NCBI GenBank assembly: GCA_038496445.1 | Contig: JALMLS010000564.1 | Coordinates: forward strand, 372,001-436,000 | Direction of reading: 5' to 3' | Source: Trichosphaerium sp. ATCC 40318 | Taxonomy: Eukaryota > Protista > Tubulinea | Length of the DNA: 64,000 nt | Shown here: one piece after another, positions 40,707 to 52,106 of the stretch | Layout: the number at the start of each line of letters is the position of its first letter | Numbering within the stretch: the first letter of the stretch is position 1 | Made by a program: the position numbers and the translations under genes | Notes under the pieces: generated by a model | Told to the model about the DNA's origin: nothing | Databases searched by the model: none | What the model saw: only the letters and a program-made list of their open reading frames with translations

Positions 40707-41743
40707 TTATAGTTTTGACGTGTTGAAAGAAGGTAGAGGGAACCCAAGTAAATTTTGTAGCTTTATGAATGCTGGCTTGTGATTACGTATGCCTACTTTT
40801 ATAGTATGAATCCCTAAAGCACGTGCAGTCTTTAGATTAGCTTTAAGAAAAAAGTTAGATAAGTTAGTTTGCAATGTAGCATTTCTTTACCTCCTAGATC
40901 ATCTAAAGCATGTTAACCAAACAAGCACAAGATATAAACGTACCCAAAAATATACATTCATGTGGGTGAAGTCCAAGAGATTTGAGGGCTGTTTTGTACA
41001 GCCTATCATCGGGTTTATTTATCCCTTTGTAAAACATTAAATTAAGAGCTATTTTAAACCATATGTACCCTCTTTGTAAGACTCAACATAGACGTCAAAT
41101 AAACCAGCAAATGCCTCTTTGCTAATGCCATGCGATGCAGATCCAAACGCCATTTTTGGAGGTTCCCAATTATTCGTTATAGCAGCCGTACGAAGTCCAT
41201 TTGCTCTACAATGCAAATAAGATGCCTTGACTTATAGTTAATGTCTTACCTAATTTGTTTTATAGCAGCAACAACATCTTGACGAACTTGCTGCTTCTCA
41301 GCAAGGTCGAAGAACAACGATGGAGGAAGGGAGTGTCCAAGTTCTGTGCTTCCTAATAGCTCGTCAGCGCGCTTGTTGACTAAATCTTCTTACTAGCTGC
41401 GAATCTCTGTGCAAACTCATCACGTGAAAGCTCTCCTAGTGAGCATTCATAATGGAGAAAACAAGGTCTAAACTAACCACGCTCCAACATTGGCAGTAAT
41501 CCATACTTGTTGGATGTATCAAGCACCTTTAACATGTGAGTGGTAATGTCACCCTAAATAGTGTAATGCTTACCTTACTGATAAATAACGGCGACAGGTT
41601 GTGTGACTTCTCGTATTTGAACAGCTAAAACAAAATTAACACGAACGCAATGTTTTTTTCCATACCTCAGCCACTGGTGAATCTACCACTACGCCACCTA
41701 TATCAAAAAGCACCGCTTTGATGTCATTAACGGATTGAGCCAT
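40707..41743 (-). CDS. HAD-family hydrolase (ACAD10/EPHX2 N-terminal type) with PTS1
   Basis: KAVLFDIGGVVVDSP, TAAITNNW, FIDDLGANLKTARALGIHTI; ends -SKL. Confidence 0.8.
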
Positions 41744-41770
41744 TTGGCACTTAGCAAATAGTGTACTGTA

Positions 41771-43185
41771 ATGTTAGTTCGAATAGCTATAGAAGCTGTA
41801 CCACCTTGGGGCAATAGGACGTACCAGTTGGGCAGAAATGGTCAGGTCAACGCTAATAAAACCAAAATTATAGCTTATTCTACTCTCAACGCAATATTAT
41901 ACGCTTTGCGTTGTATTTGTAGCGTAAAAGGGCACAGTATTTGACACAGCAAACAAAAGTGATTACAATGCTTAACACGCATGGCAAGGATTAGGAGATA
42001 TGCTGTAAAGTCGCGTGAACTAAGCCTCGGTTAGCTACATTATTTTTATTGAAAATGCTAACTCTGCGTTTAGAGCAAGTTAGTCTCGGAAAGAGACTGC
42101 AATCAAATAATCCGTACGGAATATGGGCGCACGAAGAACATCGTAAAGGCATGTTCGAGAAAATGGGTCAAGCACTTGGCGTTAAAGTTCTCGATGACTG
42201 GTACAAAATAAGTGCGCGTACGCACTTGTACGGCGTTGGTGGTGGCCGGTTACTACACATGTACGTTATTTTTGTTGAACAGATTTTGTTTGTAATTGTG
42301 TAACGCTTTTTTCAGCTACAATGACTCTGTTGCCAATGCCGTGCAGGAGCTTTACCCATACTATGACTGGGATAATTACTTGTTCCCGTACGCACTTTCA
42401 TAATGGACTTGTAGCTGAAACAGTATGTAGACACGCTCCGCGAAGGCATTGGGATGACTTGGATAACCAAAGAGCGATGATGGATAAAATAGGAAAGGTA
42501 AAATGACAATGACATTTTGACACATGTCATCTTTTTTCTTATGTTTTTTTGACGTTTTTCTTTTATACAGAATTTGAAGGTTAAGATACTAGACGATTGG
42601 GAAAGAGTAAGTTATGATGAAGCTATTGAACATGGTTTAAAAGGGATTTATAACAAGTACGACTAGTGTTGAGGTTCGAAACAATCTTGACTAATGTTAT
42701 AGGTACTCTCATTCCAAATCAAAAATATTGCAAGCGTGTTACCCTCACTGGCATTTTGCGTACATGTCTAAATATATCCACTTGAATCTTAAGTATAAAT
42801 AGGCCTCCAATAGAAAGAAAACCAAGAACATTCTGGCAAGCACCATCTAACCAAATAGCGTTTATGAAAGAAGTAGAAAAGCGATTTAAATGTACGAATA
42901 ATGCTACTTTTTGGAGTCGTATGAGTACAAGACAGTTGATAAACCTGGGAGCAAGTGGAGCTCTTCCTTTTTTATCAGATATGTTGACGTCAAGATTTCC
43001 ATCTGTAAATTGGCATAGTTTGCTTAAAAGCAGAAAAAAGAAATCAAGACAAAGGTAAAGAAATCACGTTTACTTTTTTCAAATAACTTGTCAACCTAAT
43101 TAATGGCATTCCTCATTTTAGGCACTTGATTTCCTGTGCAACTGGCCTGTTTCCACTAAGACAGAGCTATATTGAACTAATGTAA
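41771..43185 (+). CDS. ~73-aa Trp-rich tandem-repeat protein, 3 repeats, no nuclease domain (paralog A)
   Basis: PYGIWAHEEHRKGMFEKMGQALGVKVLDDWYK...ELYPYYDW; PRRHWDDLDNQRAMMDKIG...DDW; PRTFWQAPSNQIAFM. Ends KKKSRQRHLISCATGLFP..M*. Start codon uncertain. Confidence 0.7.
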
Positions 43186-43352
43186 ATAAAACATAGACCA
43201 CACTTGTAAATAACGAAGAGTATGTACAAGTACATTCGTGTAACTTGTTGTCTATCAATCTAAGCGCATTTGCAAAAAAGTATCGCTTAATTGCTGTTTA
43301 AGAAGTTGTACAACACCACAAAAGCAATAAATCGACTATATAACTTGTGTGA

Positions 43353-45159
43353 ATGATCCCAGCGTCGCTCAAAACGTACTGTAAGCAAAAAAACGTTATA
43401 ACCGTATTGTAGTTCCTTTGATGCCTCTCAATTCTTACAAGAGAGTGTATATGACCCTTCTACGGTCAACGCACTCGTACAGGAGGTATTTAAAGATTAT
43501 TATTTTTTATGACATCGAAAGCATGCTCATTGTATTATACTACGCCTAACATTACACCAACTCACGTTTCAACGAACGTTTTTTTTTATGAAAACTAATT
43601 CGCGAGCTTCAATTTAGATTGGCTTTATTTTCCCTGATAAACTGACAAAGGATATACGAACAGCGCTACTAGCATTTGACTTGAGTACGCTAAAAAAAAA
43701 CCACACAAGAGTTAACGCACGAGGTAGATAAAGAAAAAGCAATAGATGCTTTGCTCAGTGGCATTTCATTCACTCCAAACAATAACCCCGTAAGTTGTCT
43801 TTATCGGCACTCAATCACTAACGCCGCCCAGCCACCTAGACCTTTCGCACCTCAAGAACCTCCTGAACAAAAACAAAACGACTATGAATACAGTGTAGAG
43901 CCCAAAGAGCAGAAATCCCCAAAAATGCCTCAATTTCGTGTGGATGAATATGGAGGTAGCGAAGGAGAGGATGAAGCATCAATGAAGCTCATAGAACAAA
44001 TGCTACGTGAAGAACAAGAGCGTCATAATAAAGAGCACGTGAAATATATTTGATTGCCTCGCTCAGAGGCATGAGTTTTACTTTGAGCTTACAAGTATCT
44101 TTAGACTTGAAAAAAAGAAAGAAGAAGATGCCCTCACTTCATTATTAATATCACAACTTGAACGTGAAGAAGAATTGTTAAAACAGTAAGTTGTTGATCG
44201 GAGCATTATCATTTCGTTGGTTTATCTTAGAGTCTTTTTAGAAAAAAGGAGAAGGAGAATGAAGCACTTCTCAAAAACATGTTGCAGAGTGAGTACAAGG
44301 AGAAACAAGAGCAACTCGAAAACAAGACTTACGAGGTATGTGACTCGGGTCAGGGTTTCTCAAACAACGCCTTAACCTTACTCTTATTGATAGTGCTTTA
44401 TATGCTTCGATGAATATAAAATAGGTGATATGTACACGCTCGACGAGTGTCACCATCGATTTTGTTGGGAGGTACAAATAACCCAACTTCATTTTTATTT
44501 CATTTAGTCACTAACACGTGAGGTAGTGCATGCGATCTTTCTTTAATACACGTATTACAAATAATGCAGTAGAGGATATTCGCTGCCCAGCATGTAATAG
44601 AAATGTGGACTATAAAGAAGTAAAGGAAGTAGTAGACGAACAGCAATTTCTAAAGTATGAAAGATTTTTGCTTGAAAGAACTCTATCAAAAGACCCAAAT
44701 GTTCGATGGTGTCCTAAACCTGGTTGTGGAAACGCTATGATTGGATCAGAAGATAATCCAATGATGGTTTGTTCAAGCCATACATGTCAATTTACTTTTT
44801 GCTTTAATTGCCGCGAAGAATGGCACGCTGATGTCACGTGTAATCAAGTACGTAACAAAGAAATACATATTTTTGCTCATGCCTTGTAGTATCAAGAATG
44901 GAAGAAAGAGAACGCTGAAGCAGATCAACGGTTTGATGCGTGGGCACAACAAAATACAAAACCGTGTCCGAGATGCAAGGCGAATATTGAAAAGAATGGT
45001 GGATGGTAAGTAACTTGTTTTCAGTGGTTTTTTTTGGCTTTAACACTTTGTAGCAATCACATGACTTGTCGCGCATGTAAATACCAATTCTGCTGGTTAT
45101 GCATGGCTCTATATAAGAGCGACCATTGGAAAAAAAGCAAATGTAAGCAATACTCGTAA
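43353..45159 (+). CDS. RBR (RING-IBR-RING) E3 ubiquitin ligase
   Basis: RING1 C..C..CHHRFC, IBR WCPKPGC...FCFNCREEWH, RING2 [31 protein letters not shown]; CUE-like N-terminus. Confidence 0.92.
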
Positions 45160-45220
45160 AACTGTAAAAAAGAAAAGAAAGTAAACCTCTGGTTCCTTGT
45201 GCGAGCAAAAAAAATATAAT

Positions 45221-47406
45221 TTACTTCATTTCCTTGAGTACAGCATCATCGTAAACGACGGCGATTTTACCGGTAATCTTACCAGCTGGCAAACCATGTT
45301 TGCGCAATAGAACACTGAAGTCAGAAGCTTCAGGATCAACGAGACCGTGCAAAGAAATTACACCACGACCAATAAGATCATTCTTGGTCAACTTATCTTC
45401 ATCCCAAGCTTCGACTTGCATGTGCTGGGTCTCTAAGAATTCCTTGTGTGGAATGTAAGGAATCAAGTCTGTAAGTCATATTAGTAATTGGCCGCAAGGA
45501 ATTGTTGAGATGAAAACTACATACCAAGTGTTTGCTTGAATTTGGCTTTGCCAGGAATGTTCCTTAAAGCTTTTGTCTTATCCTTTTCCATAAAAGTAGA
45601 TCCCTTTCTGATAACGATGTATGGGTCTGCGCCCTTTTCCAAGCCCTATCAAGAACAATGAATAAAAATGATTTGACGAAGTAATGAAACAACGTACAGA
45701 AATTTCAAGGTCGCTGATGACGATCTTGCAATGTTTGGATTTCTCTTGTGGTACAAATGGTAGGAGAATATCAATATCAAAAGCAGCGTGGACAGGAGAG
45801 TGATCAGAGGTGATCATCTCGTGAGTACAGCCATACAATGTCTGTTTGATATTGCAAGAAGGCCAGCTAGTCCACAATACTCTGTCGCACCAAGATGGGA
45901 CACGGTTTCGGTCCTCGGTGTAGTCAACGCTATTAGATATTTAGAAATTTAAAGAAGTAAGGAGAACTTGTGCGTACTGAGGCTTGTTAGGCTCAAATTT
46001 GTAGGTTGGTCTAAACTGGTGTACTGGACCTTCGTTAAAGCCGTAGAATACCTTGTTGGCTTTCATTTGGTTGACTAATTGGTCAATTTTGTAGAGCTTC
46101 TCTAGTTTACCGTCCTTGATGTCTTTGCATACATCTACGCGAGATTCGCTATCAATGCGGTAGTTCAAGTCACCCATCCAGAATAAATGACGGAAAGCAG
46201 AGCACACATCTGGGTTCTCGCTGACAGTCTTCTTGGTGCCTTGTAGGGTGTAAGTTAAAGTGCTTGAGCGCATGTATTGGAGTTTAAAAGTGTGTACCGA
46301 GTTTTATGTTATCAATAATTTCGCATACATCCTCATTACGCTCTTCAATCATCTCTTGGTGAGCGGCAAGATGACTGTTGATAAAACAGAACGAGTTACC
46401 CTTGTATAGGAAAGAGACGCCAACACCACCCTTGTTACCCAACATACTACCGATACCTGCCATCAAAGTTAGTAAATAATCGATTGGAATCAAACTGTAG
46501 TGAACAAAAAGCCGTTTCGATAACGTACCAGTAGCTTCGGAGGAGTAGGTAATACCAGATATGTATTTGCGAAGTTCTTTGCGAATGTAGACCGATAGTC
46601 TGATTTGCCACATAGTCACAAAGTGAACAAGGACGTATTTATCACCCATATGTTTGGTGAGTGTACCATCCCAATCATCTTTGCATGATTTGAAGCCCTT
46701 TCTGAGCTAGCGTTAGTTTACGGTTATTTTTTGGGCGAACTCATGTACCTTGCGTCATATTTGCACTCTTGGCAGCCCACGACGTAAACATCGTATTTGC
46801 CGAGTGGAATCCAGGTGCTGAAGTCCTCTGGAGGAGGTGCATTACCAACATTCCAAGTACCTTTAGTATTTAGCGTTAGTAGAAGTAAGGAGTGACATAA
46901 ACTACTCCGTAGAGAATCTGGGTTAATGCGTACCAATGAACACTTTTAGGGTCTCGTAACGCTTCTTTGGATCGTATTTTGGGTCTTTTGTGGCTTCAAT
47001 GTAGTGAAGGAGGTACAAGAACTGATTTCGCACAGCGTTTGATTTAAACGCGATGTCGAGTTTATGTTCCTTACCCTAGACAAGTGTTAGAGGGAAACAT
47101 AGCGTTTGTGGAACCTTTTTCTGTTCGGCCGAAAAAAGTACTTACGTCATCAGCTACAGCGCGGATCTTGAGGTCTTTGTCGTCATCGAGGCTAGGCTCA
47201 ATGTCCTTAACATCAGAAACGTTGTATGTCCTCTTGAACTTGGTACATGCTTTGCTGTTGTCATATTAGCGGCAATCTACGTAAGAAGGGTAAACGTACT
47301 CTTTGCACGCTCTGAATGTTCCGGCGCTAACGTCAAATTTGAAGTAGCGTTTTTCATTCAAGCCGAGGCTTCCTGGTACTGGGAGTGGTTCAAAACGAGC
47401 GGCCAT
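45221..47406 (-). CDS. Inositol polyphosphate 5-phosphatase (PH-like + catalytic + C2)
   Basis: GTWNVG, VVGCQE, GNKGGV, FINSHLAAH, FWMGDLNYR, PSWCDRVLW, SDHSPV; C2 segment VEAWDEDKLTKNDLIG. Confidence 0.93.
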
Positions 47407-47847
47407 GTTGGTGTCAAGTTAAAAAAAAAGATTAAGGTCCGCAGGAGTCATCGGAGATTTCTCGATTAGGAAGTAGGTTTATCGCGCAATGACCCGAACG
47501 CTATTCATTCAAACCAACCACGGCCAGAAAGATTAACTGGATGGCTATCAATTGGAATGTTTAGTGATAAAGAAACTGCCTATTTCAGTGTATGCCGCTA
47601 TAACCGCCTAGAAAAGGTCTGATAACGCGTAAAACACGAAATTTATTCGGAACAGAACGCGAACGGTACAAAAAATTTTCCTGAAGGTGATTGACAATGC
47701 GTGTCAGATAGAATGGCGTATTTATACTCAGAAACATAATTGGCGCCACAAACAATACAACTACAATACAAGGAAGCTAGCTGAAAAGTCAAGCACTTTC
47801 TACTTTTGATTGAAAAAAAAGAAATCATAGTCACCAGCAAATACTTC

Positions 47848-49041
47848 ATGATGAAGCTTATCGTACTTTTCTTTTCAGCTTTCATGATCTCGCACGTAGT
47901 ATCTCATAAACGTGCAACAACTGAAACTGAATGTAAGCTCCAGAGCCTACGTGTACGGTGAAACAGTTATCAATCAATCTAATCACTCTTAAATTAGTCG
48001 CTTAACATAGCCACATTGTCTGGTGTTCCCAACGACCTACTGCCTAAACTTGCCTTTGCATACTCAAATTGCCTCTTCCTTGCACTTGGTAGATCAGACT
48101 TAAGTGCAAAATGTAGGGCTGGGCAGTGGTCAGGTTGTGCTGGAACACCAAACAAGGAGCAAAGTGGGACATATATGAAAACATTAAATCACATTGGTAC
48201 CACAAAATAGTAGAGAACTGACACAAACTTACTCATAACAAGATGACTTGTCTTGGCTTGATCGTATGATTCTAATACAAAGTACTCAAACAAAGGTTCA
48301 AGATGAAGCACGTGGTGCACAACAGCATCTAGAACACTTGCATGATTATCTAATGACGGAACAAACGCGATTGTTACAGAAAATTAAAGAGCACCCAGAA
48401 GGAGGTAGCGTGGAAGAAGTAGAAAAGCTCTTGGTACCAACAAAGAAACTAAAACTAAAAATCATTCTTACAAGTTTTACAGGATGGTGTCACTGGTATC
48501 GCGTCTAAATGGCATTCGTCAATAGGATGGGTACGCTTGTATATTGGATATATTACTAATGCACTTGCAGGTTGAGAAAGCTCTATCTAGCATAGAAACA
48601 ACAAGATCAAACATGGTTCTTACTCTATTCTTATTTTGTCAAATTATTTATGGAATACTGTGGGCACTGGTACAATAGACGTAATTAATATCCGTCTAAT
48701 ATCTACTTATAGATTGGAACACACTTCCTTCATAGTATGAAATACGATACTTTTGGATTCAAAGTAGTATTTGGCATGTACTTTACGTTTGTTGTGTTGA
48801 TTGTTCTATTGTTTGACATGAGCAAAATGGACATGTCTCTACTTCACCAGAGAAGTGTATATGTTGTTCTGGTACATTCTACGTTACTCTAATGTATTAA
48901 TCTTACTTTTCATAGGTGTCAGCTGTACTGTCGCTTATAGTGCCAGCTTACAATGGAGAGAAACTTTGGTTAGCACAATTAGCACATGAAGACAGTGTAG
49001 ACAATGATTTTAAAACTCTTATGGAGCTATGTGATACCTGA
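47848..49041 (+). CDS. KAR5/GEX1/Brambleberry-like nuclear fusion protein
   Basis: Signal peptide, Cys-rich block KLAFAYSNCLFLALGRS...C..C...Y.KTLNHIDDL, coiled coil, then C-terminal TM helices. Confidence 0.6.
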
Positions 49042-49208
49042 TTCTCAATAAATACTCGATTATTTAAAGTTCGTAACCTTTGTTAATACATTAATTAGTT
49101 GTTTACGAGGCTAGTTGTTGACCAATGGTTGTGTTAAGATTAAAGTGGCGAAATTTTAGTTTTATTCCTGCCATCTTTGTCATGTTCTGAAGAGATCTTT
49201 TGGTCTTG

Positions 49209-50605
49209 TTATTTCATAAAGAATTGAGCACCAACAGCGGCAACAACTATGAACAAAAAATCAATGATAACATGGAAGAGAATGTTAGGGTTAAAATAAA
49301 ACGCACCAACAGCAATAACAAATACGAATAATAATGATGGAAATGAAGACTCTGATTTTTTAGTATCTGCTGGAGTTTTAGACGTAGTAGATCCCTTCAC
49401 CTTCTTTAAGCTCTTAGGATTTGGATTTGGTGATGCTTCGACTTGTTGAGCCATCTAACAATTTTATCAACATGTAGCTCCAAAAGTAGAATGAAATGAT
49501 AAAAAACAAATCTTGACTCACGTCCATGCCACAACGGCCCCTCCACTTCTCGTACAATACTTTACCGGATTTTATACTATCAACAATGCGAACCACATCC
49601 TCAGGCTATTCACAATAATAAGTCAACGCCACTGGCGGCAAGCACAGAAAATAAAAGTCAAAAGTCAAATGATGACATGAAGTAAAATTCTGTCTGACAA
49701 GTGCACTGTGTACCTTAATGTAACCATACCAATTTCCTTCAGGGTAAACAATTACATTAGCAGCGTATGCATGACCACCTATCACAGCTAATAAGCAACT
49801 ACAGATTTCCAGAAATACAAAAAAACATTTCGTCATGTGACGCTTTTTTTTCGCAGGTTTTTTTGAACGTACCCACATGTGACACTTTGACAACTCTAGC
49901 GTTAATAGAAGAAGCCTAAAAATGTGTCATTGTATAGTCATACAAATTGTAAATAATAACACACCTCCTTTTCGAACAAATCGTGAATTATTGGTCCACA
50001 ATGACCACATCTTTTATCACGACTTGCTAAAACACATGGTCAGTTTTTTTTACAAAAACAAAAACGATCCGTACTATGACAACAAACCAATATTACGGAT
50101 TCAAAAGGTAATGATTCTACTTTAAGAGATGTCTTATCGTTGTTAAAGTAATCAATTAAACTCGGTAGCGTTTCAGACGTGACATTGCATATTTTCTTGC
50201 AAGAAGAGCCCTAAATATCGTCAGGTTACGAAACACTACGCAAAACGTACGTCAAAGCATAAGAAATCCCATGTATCCGTGCTGGCGTTTTTTTCAAAGT
50301 TACACAACCCTTAAATTGTAAACCAACGTTATTAATATATTGGGTACCCATTTTAACGCTTGATTTTATATCACCTTTTCGTTTTTTCAAAAGTGATTTA
50401 GTTTCTGCAGCAAACGCATGAAACTTAGTTGGATCGGATGGCCATGCGTCTGGAGAGCCTCCTGTACATAATAGGAGATGGTACTGATAGAGGGTTAATT
50501 TCGTTGTAAACAGATTGAATTACGAACGTTATATAGTCCTACAGTTGCTCCTAGTGGTTGAGTGCAAGGTCTGTTAAAGCCAATATCTTCAATATCCGTT
50601 GACAT
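49209..50605 (-). CDS. Apd1/Aim32 (sucrase-ferredoxin-like) 2Fe-2S thioredoxin-like protein with C-terminal TM tail
   Basis: HLLLCTGGSPDAWPS, VCCHTSRDKRCGHCGP, SHVGGHAYAANVIVYPEGNWYG, WRGRCG. Confidence 0.88.
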
Positions 50606-50657
50606 TTAGAAAAATGTCCAAGACTTATTGGCTTGTTTTAAGGTATTTACAAATACT

Positions 50658-51796
50658 ATGCTTCGTTGTGCGCATAGCACAACATGTGTTAGAGCGTCTG
50701 GAAGGGTCAAAGTAAACAAACAGCGCGCCAGAACGAAATGCACTGAAGTGTACTTTGTAAGGCATGGAGAGACTAAAGCTAACGCGACCAAGCAAATACT
50801 GGTAAGTATTACGCATATAGTAAGTTTCTATTAACGCTCTTCACTAGGGTCACACAGATGGCGAACTAAGTGATAAGGGTATCTCTCAAGCACATCACGC
50901 AGCAGAAAGACTCAAAAGAGAGGGTATCAAATTCTCAGCGTTGTACTCAAGTGATTTAAAACGTACTGTACGTTTACCATCCGCCTAATCAAGTTGACAC
51001 ATGTCACGTCTAACTAATAATCAGATAAGCACTGCAGAACCTATTGCGAAAGCCTTAGGCTTGCCGATCGAAGTGGTAAACCTTGGTAATAACCCATACC
51101 TTTTTAACGCCAGCAGGATGCAAGATTAAGAGAAATGGATTTCGGCAAATGGGAACTGGGTGTTGACACTGAAATTAGAGTATGTCCGTCATGCTTGCAC
51201 TAGTGTTGCTCGCTGACTGTTGTAATATAGGAACAATTTCGCATGCAGTGCGAAAAGAATCCAGATGTTGATAGAGGAGAGCTTAAGTTAGGTAGTATTG
51301 GTGAACAGCAAATCAATGTACAGAAGAGGTTTGTTCAATGTGTCAACGAAAAATGCAATCTTGAAAAGAACGATGACTCTAAAATACTAGTTGTACGATT
51401 TGTGTTCTCAGAACTTTCCATTTTACAATATCTGTATATTGCAAATTACACCGCATAACTTCAAAGACAAGTTTCCCTTTACAAGCACCAAACAAAAGGT
51501 TTTTCATTTTGCACTGGTGCTCTTGCTTCGGTTATTAATGAAACAATAGGTGGCACATGGCGGTAGCATTAGAACATATCTTGCACATATTTTACAAATG
51601 CCAGTATCTAATATATGGCAAATGTGCTTAGATAATACATCAATTACTAGAGTGATGCCATTTGTACCTGGTTTTCTTACGACACGTGATCAAAAAGGTA
51701 TCATTGCATTTGAAATATCTTCTTGGTTCCCTAATGTTACGTTTGTTTTTAGGTCTTTTGGTAACACTTAATGACACACAACACCTTAACCGTTGA
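50658..51796 (+). CDS. Histidine phosphatase (phosphoglycerate mutase family), probable mitochondrial leader
   Basis: VYFVRHGET, LYSSDLKR, RLREMDFGKWE, VAHGGSIR, LDNTSIT, NDTQHL. Confidence 0.9.
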
Positions 51797-52106
51797 TGTC
51801 AGTAGATCCTAGAACCCCAATAATGCACAGCTGAGTTTGAGTCCAGTACATCATCAATACAACAAATTGCTGCAACATAATAGATTCTCCTACAAAGTTG
51901 AATTCTCACAACTACGTATAAAGTTATTGTACCCCTATTGAAAACGCCAGAATAAATAAACCAAACTAGTGTCAATATCAAGTCGTTTATGTTAACATTG
52001 ATCTTAGTTGAAATGAGATCACTACACGTGAACTTGAAACAAAGAAAAATAACTTACATTTATTTACTATTTTACATCATTTGTAAACTCCCAAAAACAA
52101 GGATTA

